Shown here: positions 20,457 to 29,610 of the stretch, one piece after another
Numbering within the stretch: the first letter of the stretch is position 1
Layout: every line of letters starts with the position of its first letter
NCBI GenBank assembly: GCA_965217115.1
Contig: OZ244239.1
Location: forward strand, 1,376,001-1,440,000
DNA length: 64,000 nucleotides
Source of the DNA: Bdellovibrionales bacterium
GTDB lineage: Bacteria; Bdellovibrionota; Bdellovibrionia; Bdellovibrionales; CAYMLA01
Direction of reading: 5' to 3'
The notes under the pieces: generated by a model
Told to the model about the DNA's origin: nothing
Databases searched by the model: none
What the model saw: only the letters and a program-made list of their open reading frames with translations
Made by a program: the position numbers and the translations under genes

Positions 20457-21526
20457 AAAAAGTGAGTTCACTTTTTGAGTCTAACCGCATTTTGGTTTGT
20501 GTTGGGGCAGGGGGAGTTGGTAAAACCACAGTGGCAGCTTCTCTGGGAGTTTTATCGGCAAAGGCTGGGTTGAAAACTCTTGTTCTCACGGTGGACCCCT
20601 CTCGACGCCTAGCTAAGGCGTTTGGTCTTGGGGATTCAGAAGAGCAAAAACAAATTCACTGGGAAGATGTTTGTTTTCCACAAGGGGGAGAGTTCTGGGT
20701 GGGGGCGATTTGTCACGAGTTATTTTTTGCTCGTTTTATTCGCGAAGGGGTTAAGGATGAAGCTCTTTTGCAGAAACTAATAAAGAATAAAATATACCAA
20801 AAATTAACTGATACTTTATCTGGTTCCCAGGATTTTACATCTATGGGGAGATTGTTAGAGGCATGGGAATCTCAAGAATTTGATTTGATCGTTTTAGACA
20901 CTCCTCCGAGTGAGCATGCTTTGGATTTTTTTCAAGCTCCTAAAAAATTTCAAAGGATTTTTGATAAAAAATTAATGAGTTGGTTTTCTCAAGAGAAGGA
21001 CACAGATAGAAAACTCCCAAACCTTCTTAAATCTCTTGTGGGTTTTGGTCTTCAATCAGCACAGAGTGTTTTGCAAAAATTAACAGGAAGCTCTTTTATG
21101 TTAGAATTGACAGAGTTCTTTTCGGCATTGAGTCATTGGCAACAGGAATTAAGTGACAAGACGAAAAAAGTTGATGAACTTTTAAAAAGTTCAAATTTAA
21201 AATTTGTCGTTGTGACAGGTGCAGAGGAAGAGCGTTTGGAGCAAACAGAGTATTTAAAAAATCAGTTACAGCAAGAGGGCTTATCTTTAGAGGTGGTGGT
21301 GGTTAATCGTATTTTTCCATCGCCAGATTCTGTAAGTCGAGAACATTGGCCAGAATTGGAGAAACATTATTCTTATCAAAAAAATCTGTGTCAAAAATTG
21401 AGTCTCGATTTAAATGGAGTACCTGTCATTGAGGTTTTAGAAATGAAGGAAGATATAGGAAGTCTTGACGGAGTGATGATCTTTTCAGAGTTGATATTAA
21501 AAAATGAACAGGAGATGGGTTTATGA
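20453..21526 (+). CDS. ArsA/GET3-like ATPase, subunit 2
   Basis: GAGGVGKTT, TVDPSRRL, DTPPSEHALDF, VVVNR. Confidence 0.85.
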   Translation: MKKVSSLFESNRILVCVGAGGVGKTTVAASLGVLSAKAGLKTLVLTVDPSRRLAKAFGLGDSEEQKQIHWEDVCFPQGGEFWVGAICHELFFARFIREGVKDEALLQKLIKNKIYQKLTDTLSGSQDFTSMGRLLEAWESQEFDLIVLDTPPSEHALDFFQAPKKFQRIFDKKLMSWFSQEKDTDRKLPNLLKSLVGFGLQSAQSVLQKLTGSSFMLELTEFFSALSHWQQELSDKTKKVDELLKSSNLKFVVVTGAEEERLEQTEYLKNQLQQEGLSLEVVVVNRIFPSPDSVSREHWPELEKHYSYQKNLCQKLSLDLNGVPVIEVLEMKEDIGSLDGVMIFSELILKNEQEMGL

Positions 21527-22305
21527 AAAAAAAATCTCTAAATTATTTTGAGGAATTTTTTCTTGGTTGTGCTTCCCCCGTTAAAGGCATGAGACTTCTT
21601 ATGGGAGACAGGTCATTGCGTCGACTCTCATTTTGGCCTTTTATAATCTACATTCTATTCTTTATTATTGGATTGAGTTTCTCATCACCATTACTGTTGG
21701 TGGTTTCTTCTTGGGTAACGGCCATGTTGGGAAGTACAATTGCCTCTGGATTCTTGGGGCTGTTGATTTTAATAGTTACAAAAATAATGAGTTGGTTATT
21801 TTTTGTTTTGGTATTGGGTTACGGGGTTTTTTTGGTGACTAATATTATTGCGTCGCCGTTTTATGCTCTTTTGGCTGAAAAAATATTGAAAGACAGAGGA
21901 GAAATGCCAGAGGGGGCGAAATCTCTGAAGAGTTGGTTAGGTCGAAATCTGGGCCTGATTTTACAGGCGCTGATTAAGGTGATGATTTTTCTTATCTTGG
22001 GTGCCATTTTGTTTGCTTTGTCCTTGATACCAGCAATTGGTTTTATTGCAACTTTTGGCTTTTTTCTGATTATCGCTTTTGATTGCAGTGATTATTCCTA
22101 TGAAGCTGTTTTGTGGAATTTTCGTCAGAGAATGAGTTTCTTTACTTTGCACTGGGCGGCTCATTGTGGTTTGGCGCTGACAATAGGCTTTATTTTTATG
22201 ATCCCTATAATGAATATTTTTTTATTTCCGATGGCGGTTGTTGGGGCGACAGATCTATTTATTCGGTTGAGAGCTACTGACAAAGCGAGTGTAATTGAAA
22301 CCTAA
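21523..22305 (+). CDS. EI24/CysZ-like membrane protein
   Basis: Multi-TM protein with NIIASPFY.LLAEK and IP..N....P.AVVGAT motifs. Confidence 0.75.
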   Translation: MKKKSLNYFEEFFLGCASPVKGMRLLMGDRSLRRLSFWPFIIYILFFIIGLSFSSPLLLVVSSWVTAMLGSTIASGFLGLLILIVTKIMSWLFFVLVLGYGVFLVTNIIASPFYALLAEKILKDRGEMPEGAKSLKSWLGRNLGLILQALIKVMIFLILGAILFALSLIPAIGFIATFGFFLIIAFDCSDYSYEAVLWNFRQRMSFFTLHWAAHCGLALTIGFIFMIPIMNIFLFPMAVVGATDLFIRLRATDKASVIET

Positions 22306-22320
22306 GTTAGCGAGAGAAAG

Positions 22321-23568
22321 ATGAAAGATTTTGTACATAGGCAAATTATTAAGAACATAGATTCAGTATCTGATTGGTTTCAACAAAAATCTTTGCACCC
22401 CTATCTCCCTTTCTATTCATCGTTTGATATGAGGGACAGTGGTTATAAGATCACTAATGTGGATGCGAATCTTTTTCCTGCTGGATTTAATAATATTTGT
22501 GAGGTTGACCGGGATGAGGCGCCAAATTTGGTCTCTCAATATTTAGAGCGTTGTTACAATCTTCCAAAGAATGCTAAAATTGTGTTATTAACCGAAGAGC
22601 ACACGAGAAACGCTTATTATTGGGAAAATATTTATCAAATATTGAATTTATTAGAAGGGTTAGGTCACAAGGTGAAATTATGTGTGCCTAAAAAATTGGA
22701 AAAAGACATTTATGTGCAATCGGCAACAGGTAGGGAGTTGATTATTGTGTCTTGGTGGCAATTAAAGAGAGAGGGTTTTGTCCCAGATGTTGTGATAAAT
22801 AATAACGATTTTTCTTCTCACTATGAGGAATGGGAAGCATCTTTGCAGGAAGAAGTGATGTTGGTGAACCCTCCCTGGCAACTTGGTTGGCGTTGGAGAA
22901 AGAAGAGCGATTATTTTTTCCATTTTAATTCTTTAGCTGAAACCTTTGCTCAAATAATAGATGTGGACCCGTGGGTTTTTACGGTGAGAACAGAGGTTTT
23001 TTCTAATTTCTCGATCAATGAGAGAGGGAGTCGAGATAGTTTAGCGAGTATTATACAAACACAAATAGATGAACTCTCTGAGGACTATGCACAGAGAAAG
23101 ATTGATAGAAAACCGACAGTTTTTGTAAAAAACAACTCTGGAACCTACGGCATGGGAATTATAGCTGTGAGTTCAGGAGAGGAGTTTTTGCAATTAAATA
23201 ATAGAGCGCGGACGAAGATGAAGGCCTCCAAGGGAGGAGAGGGGATTGGGGAGGTGATTGTGCAAGAGGGGATACCGTCCTCTTTGTTAAGTGGACAGTC
23301 AGTGGCGGAGCCAGTTCTCTATCTTGTTGGTGAAGAGTTGGCAGGGGGGTTTTTGCGAACTCATAAGGATAAGGGAGTGGTTGATAATTTGAATAGTCCG
23401 GGGGCTGTGTATAAGCGACTTTGTGTTTCTGATTTAAAAATAAATGTGGAAGGTTCTCCATTGGAAAATGTTTATGGTTGGGTTGCTAAGCTGGGTGTGC
23501 TTGCTTTGGCAATGGAGATTAAAAGTAAAAAAATAAAAATCTGTTCTTGTTCTGAATTGGAAAATTAA
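22321..23568 (+). CDS. gshA: Glutamate-cysteine ligase (GshA, PF08886-type)
   Basis: FYSSFDMRDSGYK...VDANLFPAGFNN, EEHTRN, GTYGMGI, GGFLR...NLN.PG. Confidence 0.82.
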   Translation: MKDFVHRQIIKNIDSVSDWFQQKSLHPYLPFYSSFDMRDSGYKITNVDANLFPAGFNNICEVDRDEAPNLVSQYLERCYNLPKNAKIVLLTEEHTRNAYYWENIYQILNLLEGLGHKVKLCVPKKLEKDIYVQSATGRELIIVSWWQLKREGFVPDVVINNNDFSSHYEEWEASLQEEVMLVNPPWQLGWRWRKKSDYFFHFNSLAETFAQIIDVDPWVFTVRTEVFSNFSINERGSRDSLASIIQTQIDELSEDYAQRKIDRKPTVFVKNNSGTYGMGIIAVSSGEEFLQLNNRARTKMKASKGGEGIGEVIVQEGIPSSLLSGQSVAEPVLYLVGEELAGGFLRTHKDKGVVDNLNSPGAVYKRLCVSDLKINVEGSPLENVYGWVAKLGVLALAMEIKSKKIKICSCSELEN

Positions 23569-23638
23569 TTGACAAAAGTCTAGTAACTAAACTTTTCATC
23601 GGCTTCTTCCGAAAGAGTAGGTGATAAGGGAGGCCCCT

Positions 23639-24337
23639 ATGAAAAATGGGAGTATACGGTTTGTAGGTATTTTTGGATTTATATTTTTCTTTGCGATGGG
23701 GGTGAATATTGCCTTTAAATCGTGGAGTGGTTCTACCTATGTAAGTCAAAAAGTTTGGTTTGATGGAAAGCGCGATTTAGCTTCTGTTGGCAAGGCATTC
23801 GATTTTTCTAACTTAAGCGGAAATATCTTTCGTGGAGAAGCCAAATCTCAAATGATAGAGAGAGCTAGGGTGAGTGAGGGATTAGATCGAATTGGTGTGC
23901 AGTTGGGTCATTTTTTAGTAAGAACGAGTGAGGGTAAGAGAAATTTTATCTGTCGAGAGCATGGCCGCGTGGAAATGACTTTTAAAGCCAGTGGCTTTGC
24001 AATCAACGGTCGTAGGCCTGTGATGGTGGTGGATGGACTGTGCAATGTTGCCAATGATGTTAATTATATTTCGACGTTGTGGATTCCTGTGAAGGAGATC
24101 ATTAAAAGTTCAGCAGGAGATGTTGAATTTAAATTTAGAGGAGAAGCTCCTGTGAGTGTGACCTTTGATGGAATGGGAGATAGTTGGCCAGAGAATTGGG
24201 CACTGTCTAGTGTGCGTTTTTATTCAGAAGGACAAAAAAAAGGAAAAGAGATGGTTGTTGAACAAAGGGATATCTTAAAGTTGCAAAAAAACAAACGCCT
24301 ATCTCTTAATTGGAATCGCTGGATTCAGCAGAAATGA
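23639..24337 (+). CDS. Hypothetical membrane-anchored protein
   Basis: GGAGG SD before ATG 23639; N-terminal TM segment. Confidence 0.75.
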   Translation: MKNGSIRFVGIFGFIFFFAMGVNIAFKSWSGSTYVSQKVWFDGKRDLASVGKAFDFSNLSGNIFRGEAKSQMIERARVSEGLDRIGVQLGHFLVRTSEGKRNFICREHGRVEMTFKASGFAINGRRPVMVVDGLCNVANDVNYISTLWIPVKEIIKSSAGDVEFKFRGEAPVSVTFDGMGDSWPENWALSSVRFYSEGQKKGKEMVVEQRDILKLQKNKRLSLNWNRWIQQK

Positions 24338-24365
24338 CCAAGCAATGTTTAAACTTTTTACAGAG

Positions 24366-24431
24366 CGGCTTCACAGGAAGTGATCTGTCCATCTGCAATG
24401 GGAGCTGCGACATCACTAGACTCTGTGTTAA
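24366..24431 (-). repeat. 66-bp diverged copy of the 3' part of gene 25187-25648
   Basis: Aligns without gaps to 25231-25296 with 6 mismatches. Confidence 0.85.
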
Positions 24432-24515
24432 CTGTACGTCGTCAAAACATTTGGGAATAAACAAGATCCAGACTAATTAACAATTTCTTATTACCTTCTA
24501 GATCAAGTCAGCGAG

Positions 24516-24842
24516 CTATTTTTCTAATATAGTACAAAAATCTTCATTATGATATACGTCAACAGCATAATAGAAAGAAATCTTATATATAGGCAATTCA
24601 TAACGTGTTGGATTTTCATAAATTAAACCCTTAACAGTTATATTAAATCGATATAAGCTTTTAACATCAGAATTTTCAATGGAAAAGCGAGTAAAGAACC
24701 AGCGATCTATATTTTTATTTTCAGTCAATAATTTGTTAACGGCGTACTTACGTACTTTGTCTTGACAATCTTTAGATGCCCCCTCTTTTGCAAAACTAAC
24801 CACAGTACTAAGCAATACTAATAGTGCAAATATTTTTTTCAT
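24516..24842 (-). CDS. Hypothetical secreted protein
   Basis: Signal peptide MKKIFALLVLLSTVVSFA; AGGGG SD; two Cys. Confidence 0.75.
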   Translation of the reverse strand: MKKIFALLVLLSTVVSFAKEGASKDCQDKVRKYAVNKLLTENKNIDRWFFTRFSIENSDVKSLYRFNITVKGLIYENPTRYELPIYKISFYYAVDVYHNEDFCTILEK

Positions 24843-24907
24843 AAAGCCCCTTTTTGTTAATTTTTCGAGAGAGTATCGCCAATTCTAAAACTTACAAGAT
24901 AAAATCT

Positions 24908-24934
24908 ATAGATCGTTTAAAAAAAACGATCTAT
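24908..24934. promoter_or_regulatory. Perfect 11-bp inverted repeat (operator-like)
   Basis: ATAGATCGTTT-AAAAA-AAACGATCTAT upstream of gene 24516-24842. Confidence 0.45.
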
Positions 24935-25107
24935 CGCCGCTGATTTTCTAGTTAATGGTATTATAAAGAAAATTTTTCGAATCCAAGACATATCTTTGTT
25001 CAAATACAATGGTTTTTTGTGACCGAAGGAAATAGTTTATGGATATACGTCATATTGAAAAAAAACATTAACAATCTAGTGATGAGTAAAAGATGCAGAT
25101 AAAGCAC

Positions 25108-25136
25108 AAAAAAGAGGCTACCAATTGGCAACCTCG
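25108..25136 (-). terminator. Terminator, part of a repeated 3' element
   Basis: Minus strand GAGGTTGCCAATTGGTAGCCTC followed by TTTTTT. Confidence 0.7.
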
Positions 25137-25186
25137 TCATCTTTTCCTAATTTTGATAAACTAGTTAGTTATTAAAACCTAAAATC

Positions 25187-25648
25187 TTAATTTGTATAAA
25201 ACCAATCGAGACGATCAAAATCTTCAAAATCGGTTTCACAGGAAGTGATCTGTCCATCTGTAATGAGAGCTTCGACATCATTAGATTCTGTGTTAATAAA
25301 AAAACCATAGATGTTCCCGCCAGCATCAAAGAGATACATTCTATAATTTCTGTCATGGGCAGTGTCTTTTATTGATCTAACCCAAAGTTCAGCCTTCTCA
25401 AGACTATAAGAAGCATATTTGAGTGCCTCTTCATAGCTAGTAACAGACACTCCCAGGCTAGCAGAGACCCCTTTTATAATCTGGGAGAGTGTTTTTTTAT
25501 TTACTTTTGAATCCTTATTAAGGGTTTGTTCTTCAGATACAATCAAATCTTTCATTCGTGCAGTGTCAACAAGGTCGTCACCAAAGAGACATTTAGAAAA
25601 AGAGGGGACAGATGTGAGTAGAACCAATGCAATTAATATTTTTTTCAT
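25187..25648 (-). CDS. Hypothetical secreted protein
   Basis: Signal peptide MKKILIALVLLTSVPSFS; AGGAG SD. Confidence 0.78.
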   Translation of the reverse strand: MKKILIALVLLTSVPSFSKCLFGDDLVDTARMKDLIVSEEQTLNKDSKVNKKTLSQIIKGVSASLGVSVTSYEEALKYASYSLEKAELWVRSIKDTAHDRNYRMYLFDAGGNIYGFFINTESNDVEALITDGQITSCETDFEDFDRLDWFYTN

Positions 25649-25838
25649 AATTGTTCTCCTTGAATTGTGTTCACTAAGAGAGGAACCTATTAATTTCTTT
25701 AATTAAACAAACTTCTATCTCCTTCCCGGAAATAAGCAATAAATTTATTTCGTTTGAAATATTTACAAAGCAGATCACTCACGACACTCGAATGTTTTTT
25801 TTGGATTTGTTCTTAAAAAAACAATGGCTTCTGAATTC

Positions 25839-25870
25839 AAAAAAAAAGGCCACTTTTTGCAGTGGCCCCG
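25839..25870 (-). terminator. Terminator, part of a repeated 3' element
   Basis: Minus strand GGCCACT-GCAAAA-AGTGGCC followed by a long U-run. Confidence 0.78.
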
Positions 25871-25912
25871 TTATAATTCCTTCGCTCAGACGAGTGAGGA
25901 CAATTTTAGAAT

Positions 25913-26383
25913 CTATTTCCTAATTTTCAGAGTTGTTAAGCAATAATACCTATCTAAGTCTCTATAATCAAGAACCTTTAGAGGGCGGCGGTCCATGGTT
26001 CTGACCTTTTCAAGTTTATAACAGGATATTTTGTCATCAACAATAGATCTTCGATAGGCCACAACTCTTTTAGATTTTGTCCCTGATCTAATTTCAGTTA
26101 CTAAATCATGGGATTTAATGAGTTTCCTTTGTTGTTCACCAGATTCAAACAAGGCCTTTGCATAGCGAGTGAAGTAAAGAGGTACTTTTCCACTTGCAAC
26201 GATATCGTTTTCCTCGTCTTGAGTTACTCTGTCCAGGAGATCTTGAAAAGCCTTGCCAGAACCAAAGCTAGGGTACTCAGTAGCAGGGACTCTCTTTTCA
26301 ACCGCGGTCGATGCTATTTTGGTCTTTATTCCAGAACAGGAAACAATACTTAAGCTAAGCAAAAGAAGGGCAATTATTTTCAT
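25913..26383 (-). CDS. Hypothetical lipoprotein
   Basis: Lipobox-like IVSC after a hydrophobic leader. Confidence 0.75.
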   Translation of the reverse strand: MKIIALLLLSLSIVSCSGIKTKIASTAVEKRVPATEYPSFGSGKAFQDLLDRVTQDEENDIVASGKVPLYFTRYAKALFESGEQQRKLIKSHDLVTEIRSGTKSKRVVAYRRSIVDDKISCYKLEKVRTMDRRPLKVLDYRDLDRYYCLTTLKIRK

Positions 26384-26555
26384 AAAAAATCCTTATGTTA
26401 TATGTTAACAACATTAAGCATATCGGATTATTTAAACTAAACTAACTAAACCAAGGTCTGTATGGAACCTCGAAGAGAAGAGGTGACTACAGAATCTATG
26501 CCTGGTGTTGAGAGGACACATTCCCTGGCGGTGCCATCGTCACTATAACGACTCT

Positions 26556-26600
26556 TTAAAAGAAGTTTAGTATAGCTAAGATTTGTTTGATTTCTTTCAT
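26556..26600 (-). pseudogene. 14-codon remnant of a gene divergent from the TIGR02147 regulator
   Basis: AGGAGAG SD then MKEIKQILAILNFF*; position equivalent to gene 28481-29497 in the paralogous module. Confidence 0.45.
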
Positions 26601-26662
26601 AATCTCTCCTTGTGGTTTATTAACATCTTCGTTTTAGAAAGAATAGCTTGAAAAATTCAAAC

Positions 26663-26689
26663 ATCAGCATATATATTATTATTTATTAC
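26663..26689. promoter_or_regulatory. Conserved 27-bp box, copy 1
   Basis: ATCAGCATATATATTATTATTTATTAC, identical to 29565-29591. Confidence 0.75.
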
Positions 26690-26708
26690 CACGAAAGGGT
26701 TATTTTCC

Positions 26709-27503
26709 ATGACTGTTTTAGAATTTGATAATTACAAAACCTATTTAAGGCATATCACCGATGTGGAGAAACGCGGGATTGTTAAAAAATTGGCCGATGC
26801 AGCAGGCTGTCAGAGATCTTATATTTCCCAGGTACTGAGTACACAGGTTCATCTCACATCTGACCATGTATATGGCATTGGGCTGTTTTTACACATGCAA
26901 GACTATGAGTTAGATTACTTTCTCTTACTTTTAGAGAAAGAGAAAGCCTCTTCCTTGCCCTATCGAGAAAAACTACAGGGGAAGTTAGCTCAAAGTAAAA
27001 GACATGCTCTGCGACTTTCCAAACAAATAAAAGAAGAAGAGACTCAGGTGATCCCTGAAGCCTATTATTCTGCGTGGTATTTTTCAGCCATCCACATAGC
27101 TACAAGCATAGATAAATTAAAGGATGAAGATGATTTTTCCAAGTATCTGAGTCTTCCTAAAAAATTAGTGAGTAAAGTTCTCAGAGAGTTAGAGCGTTGG
27201 GGGCTTATTGAGTTTAATGGTGAATCTTGGAATTACGTAGGTTCGAGAGTCATCCATTTAAGAGATGATTCCTTCCTAAACCGTATCAATCATATTAATT
27301 GGAGAACACAAGCTCTATCACGTGCTCTGTCACCAATACAAGACGTTCATTATACGTCTGTGTTTACGATTTCTAAAAAAGATGTGGAAAGGATAAGAGA
27401 AAAACTTCTAAACTTCATCCATGAGCATAGAAAAGACGTTGATGCTTCCAGTTCAGAAACACTTGTCGCTTTTTGTTGCGATTATTTCGTGGCAGGTTCT
27501 TAG
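26709..27503 (+). CDS. TIGR02147/DUF4423-family HTH protein (putative transcription regulator)
   Basis: F..YK.YL, LADAAGCQRSYISQVL HTH, YYSAWYFSAIH, HINWR, C-terminal DYF. Confidence 0.82.
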   Translation: MTVLEFDNYKTYLRHITDVEKRGIVKKLADAAGCQRSYISQVLSTQVHLTSDHVYGIGLFLHMQDYELDYFLLLLEKEKASSLPYREKLQGKLAQSKRHALRLSKQIKEEETQVIPEAYYSAWYFSAIHIATSIDKLKDEDDFSKYLSLPKKLVSKVLRELERWGLIEFNGESWNYVGSRVIHLRDDSFLNRINHINWRTQALSRALSPIQDVHYTSVFTISKKDVERIREKLLNFIHEHRKDVDASSSETLVAFCCDYFVAGS

Positions 27504-27558
27504 ACATTCTAAGAACCCATGAACAAAAAAACTACAAATTGCAAAACGGAAACCCTAA

Positions 27559-27855
27559 CTATTCATATTCATCTAACTCTATAATTTCGGTCTTAACGAT
27601 TTTATTGTCTATACCATCGGCCTTTAAATTTTCACTAATATTATCTACGCAGTTTAGTTTATCTTTAGGCTCTTCGAGTTGATTGCACTTGTTGACCATC
27701 GCCTCGATCGCACTTGACCTAGCATTTCTCAGTCTTGTATTAGCACGCGTTTCATGGACGGCTGACAAGCCCTTTCTCCCCGAATTAACGAATTGACTTG
27801 GTAAAACCGCAATTGCAAGAAAAACGAATGCGCCAGCTATGTATGCCATAACCAT
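27559..27855 (-). CDS. Hypothetical exported protein
   Basis: GGAGG SD; hydrophobic N-terminus; Cys pair. Confidence 0.62.
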   Translation of the reverse strand: MVMAYIAGAFVFLAIAVLPSQFVNSGRKGLSAVHETRANTRLRNARSSAIEAMVNKCNQLEEPKDKLNCVDNISENLKADGIDNKIVKTEIIELDEYE

Positions 27856-28011
27856 TTTTTCCTCCTAAGTAATAGAATAATTCATATTTTCGATTGGCAC
27901 CATAGTATCATATTTTCATACTGTGTAGTTATTACTTTTTATCTAAGAGTAAATTTTACAATGCTAAAAGACGGGGAGCCACCCATTGCCCCACCGACTT
28001 AGTTATCCCAG

Positions 28012-28248
28012 CTATTTAGAAGCTTTGAAAAATTTGTCATTGGAATCAACATTTCGGAAATACTCCGTGTTTTTAAAGGGGCCTTTTTCTTTTGGTCCGT
28101 CATTGCAATTTTTAATAATGGCATCACGTCATGTACCAAAGGTATAAGAACATAGAGCTGACCCATTATACTCCACAACACAATCAGAACGAGCATGGGA
28201 AGAGATCGTTGAAAGTAAAATCGTTAAACCTAATATTATATTTTTCAT
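28012..28248 (-). pseudogene. Small secreted Cys-containing protein with an internal TGA
   Basis: AGGA SD, then MKNIILGLTILLSTISSHARSDC...FGT*RDAIIKNC...KASK*; TGA at 28131-28129. Confidence 0.6.
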
Positions 28249-28401
28249 TCCGTTTTCCTTGGTTTCTATTTGAGTCATTTCATTTTAAATTTCTGAGCAA
28301 TTATAGGGAGGATCAACACCTTTAAGGAGAAACACTATTTAATAGTGTAAATTTTCTTACTCTTCGGGGGGGGCTTTAAAAAGCGGATATTTTCTGAACT
28401 C

Positions 28402-28430
28402 AAAAAAAAGGCCACTTTGTAGTGGCCTCG
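28402..28430 (-). terminator. Terminator, part of a repeated 3' element
   Basis: Minus strand AGGCCACT-ACAA-AGTGGCCT followed by a U-run. Confidence 0.78.
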
Positions 28431-28480
28431 TCAAAATCTCCTCGCTTAAATGAAAAAGCTAGTTTTTAGAGCCTAGTGAT

Positions 28481-29497
28481 TTAGTATTCCCAATCGTGGT
28501 AAGATTTACAATTCGTAAAATAAGCAATCTCAGTTGCTTTATTTCTAGGGCCTAATTTTGCAATAAGAAAAGGTCTGTCTTTGAAATACTCGATTGCAAA
28601 CTTCTCCCCTCTTAAAGTGTTGTGTCCAACATACATCTTCCCAATCATTTTTGCATCAGTATTTCTTGGCACTAATACTCTTCCAACTTTATCATGGTCC
28701 ACTTTTTCAAGCATACTCAAATTAAATTTCTGAAAATTGTATGTCTGTTTAGAGTAGGGGATAAAACCAAAATATTGAGTGATTTGTGCCACTGTCGTAT
28801 CTGATTTATTTGTAAAGATCACATAGGTTCTAGCTGTGTCAGTAGCATACCTCTGAGCAACACATCTTACAGATTGACCATGAATAGCTCCTTCATACAT
28901 GTTCTCTAAACCGTCTAATGAAACTGCTTTTCCAATAACCCTTCGTATTTTATGCGAAGTAAACTCTTCAGATATAACTCTTCCCATTTCATAAAGGTAT
29001 TCATGGAAGAGCAGTGCTGCTTGATTCATTGTATCCAATGAGTTCCAAATCTCTCTATTGATGTAATATCTACCCCTGTCATCATCAGCATAAGCTAATT
29101 GCTCAATACGACAGTTGTTAGGAATGTTGCTACGAAGCTCTCCTGAGTCATAAGTGGAAGGAAGTTTATGATCTACAAAAATTGATTTAGATAATAATAT
29201 ATCTAAGTAGCTCAGGTCATTCTCCTCAACTGGACGTTTATCGTTTGATGAATTTCGTAACTCTTGAAATAATATTTTGAAGTCAGCTCTTAAATTACCA
29301 GAGGCAGATTTCATCCCTATCCCCCTAGATGACTCTTCGTACACATCAAGTAAAGCCGAATCTTGAATTTTACCATTTAAGTTTCGACAGACAACAGACA
29401 TTCCCCCACCGCTAGAAATAGGTCCATTAACAACTTCTGGAAAAGCCCAAGATGGAAGAATCGATAACATAAACGGTAAAAATAATAATAGTTTCAT
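28481..29497 (-). CDS. Hypothetical secreted protein (GGG..VVC / C.IEQLA / NQAALLFHE..Y motifs)
   Basis: Signal peptide and AGGAG SD; motif set resembles an expanded Bdellovibrionota orphan family (from recall, not searched). Confidence 0.8.
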   Translation of the reverse strand: MKLLLFLPFMLSILPSWAFPEVVNGPISSGGGMSVVCRNLNGKIQDSALLDVYEESSRGIGMKSASGNLRADFKILFQELRNSSNDKRPVEENDLSYLDILLSKSIFVDHKLPSTYDSGELRSNIPNNCRIEQLAYADDDRGRYYINREIWNSLDTMNQAALLFHEYLYEMGRVISEEFTSHKIRRVIGKAVSLDGLENMYEGAIHGQSVRCVAQRYATDTARTYVIFTNKSDTTVAQITQYFGFIPYSKQTYNFQKFNLSMLEKVDHDKVGRVLVPRNTDAKMIGKMYVGHNTLRGEKFAIEYFKDRPFLIAKLGPRNKATEIAYFTNCKSYHDWEY

Positions 29498-29564
29498 ACT
29501 GTTCTCCTTATTTTAAATTCGTTAACACTCTCTGAAGAAAAGTTATAGCTTAAAAAGCCTAAAG

Positions 29565-29591
29565 ATCAGCATATATATTATTATTTATTAC
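29565..29591. promoter_or_regulatory. Conserved 27-bp box, copy 2
   Basis: Identical to 26663-26689. Confidence 0.75.
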
Positions 29592-29610
29592 TATAAAAAG
29601 GTTATTTTTC

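Noticed and set aside
19626..21526. Arsenic-resistance operon
   Set aside because: No arsB/acr3, arsC, arsR or arsD nearby.
24338..24480. att duplication of the tRNA-Val 3' end at the far edge of the island
   Set aside because: No copy of TGGTAGGGCCTG found by eye, and no integrase.
27999..28196. ORF-track 65-aa ORF
   Set aside because: A different frame (28248-28012) has the SD and signal peptide.
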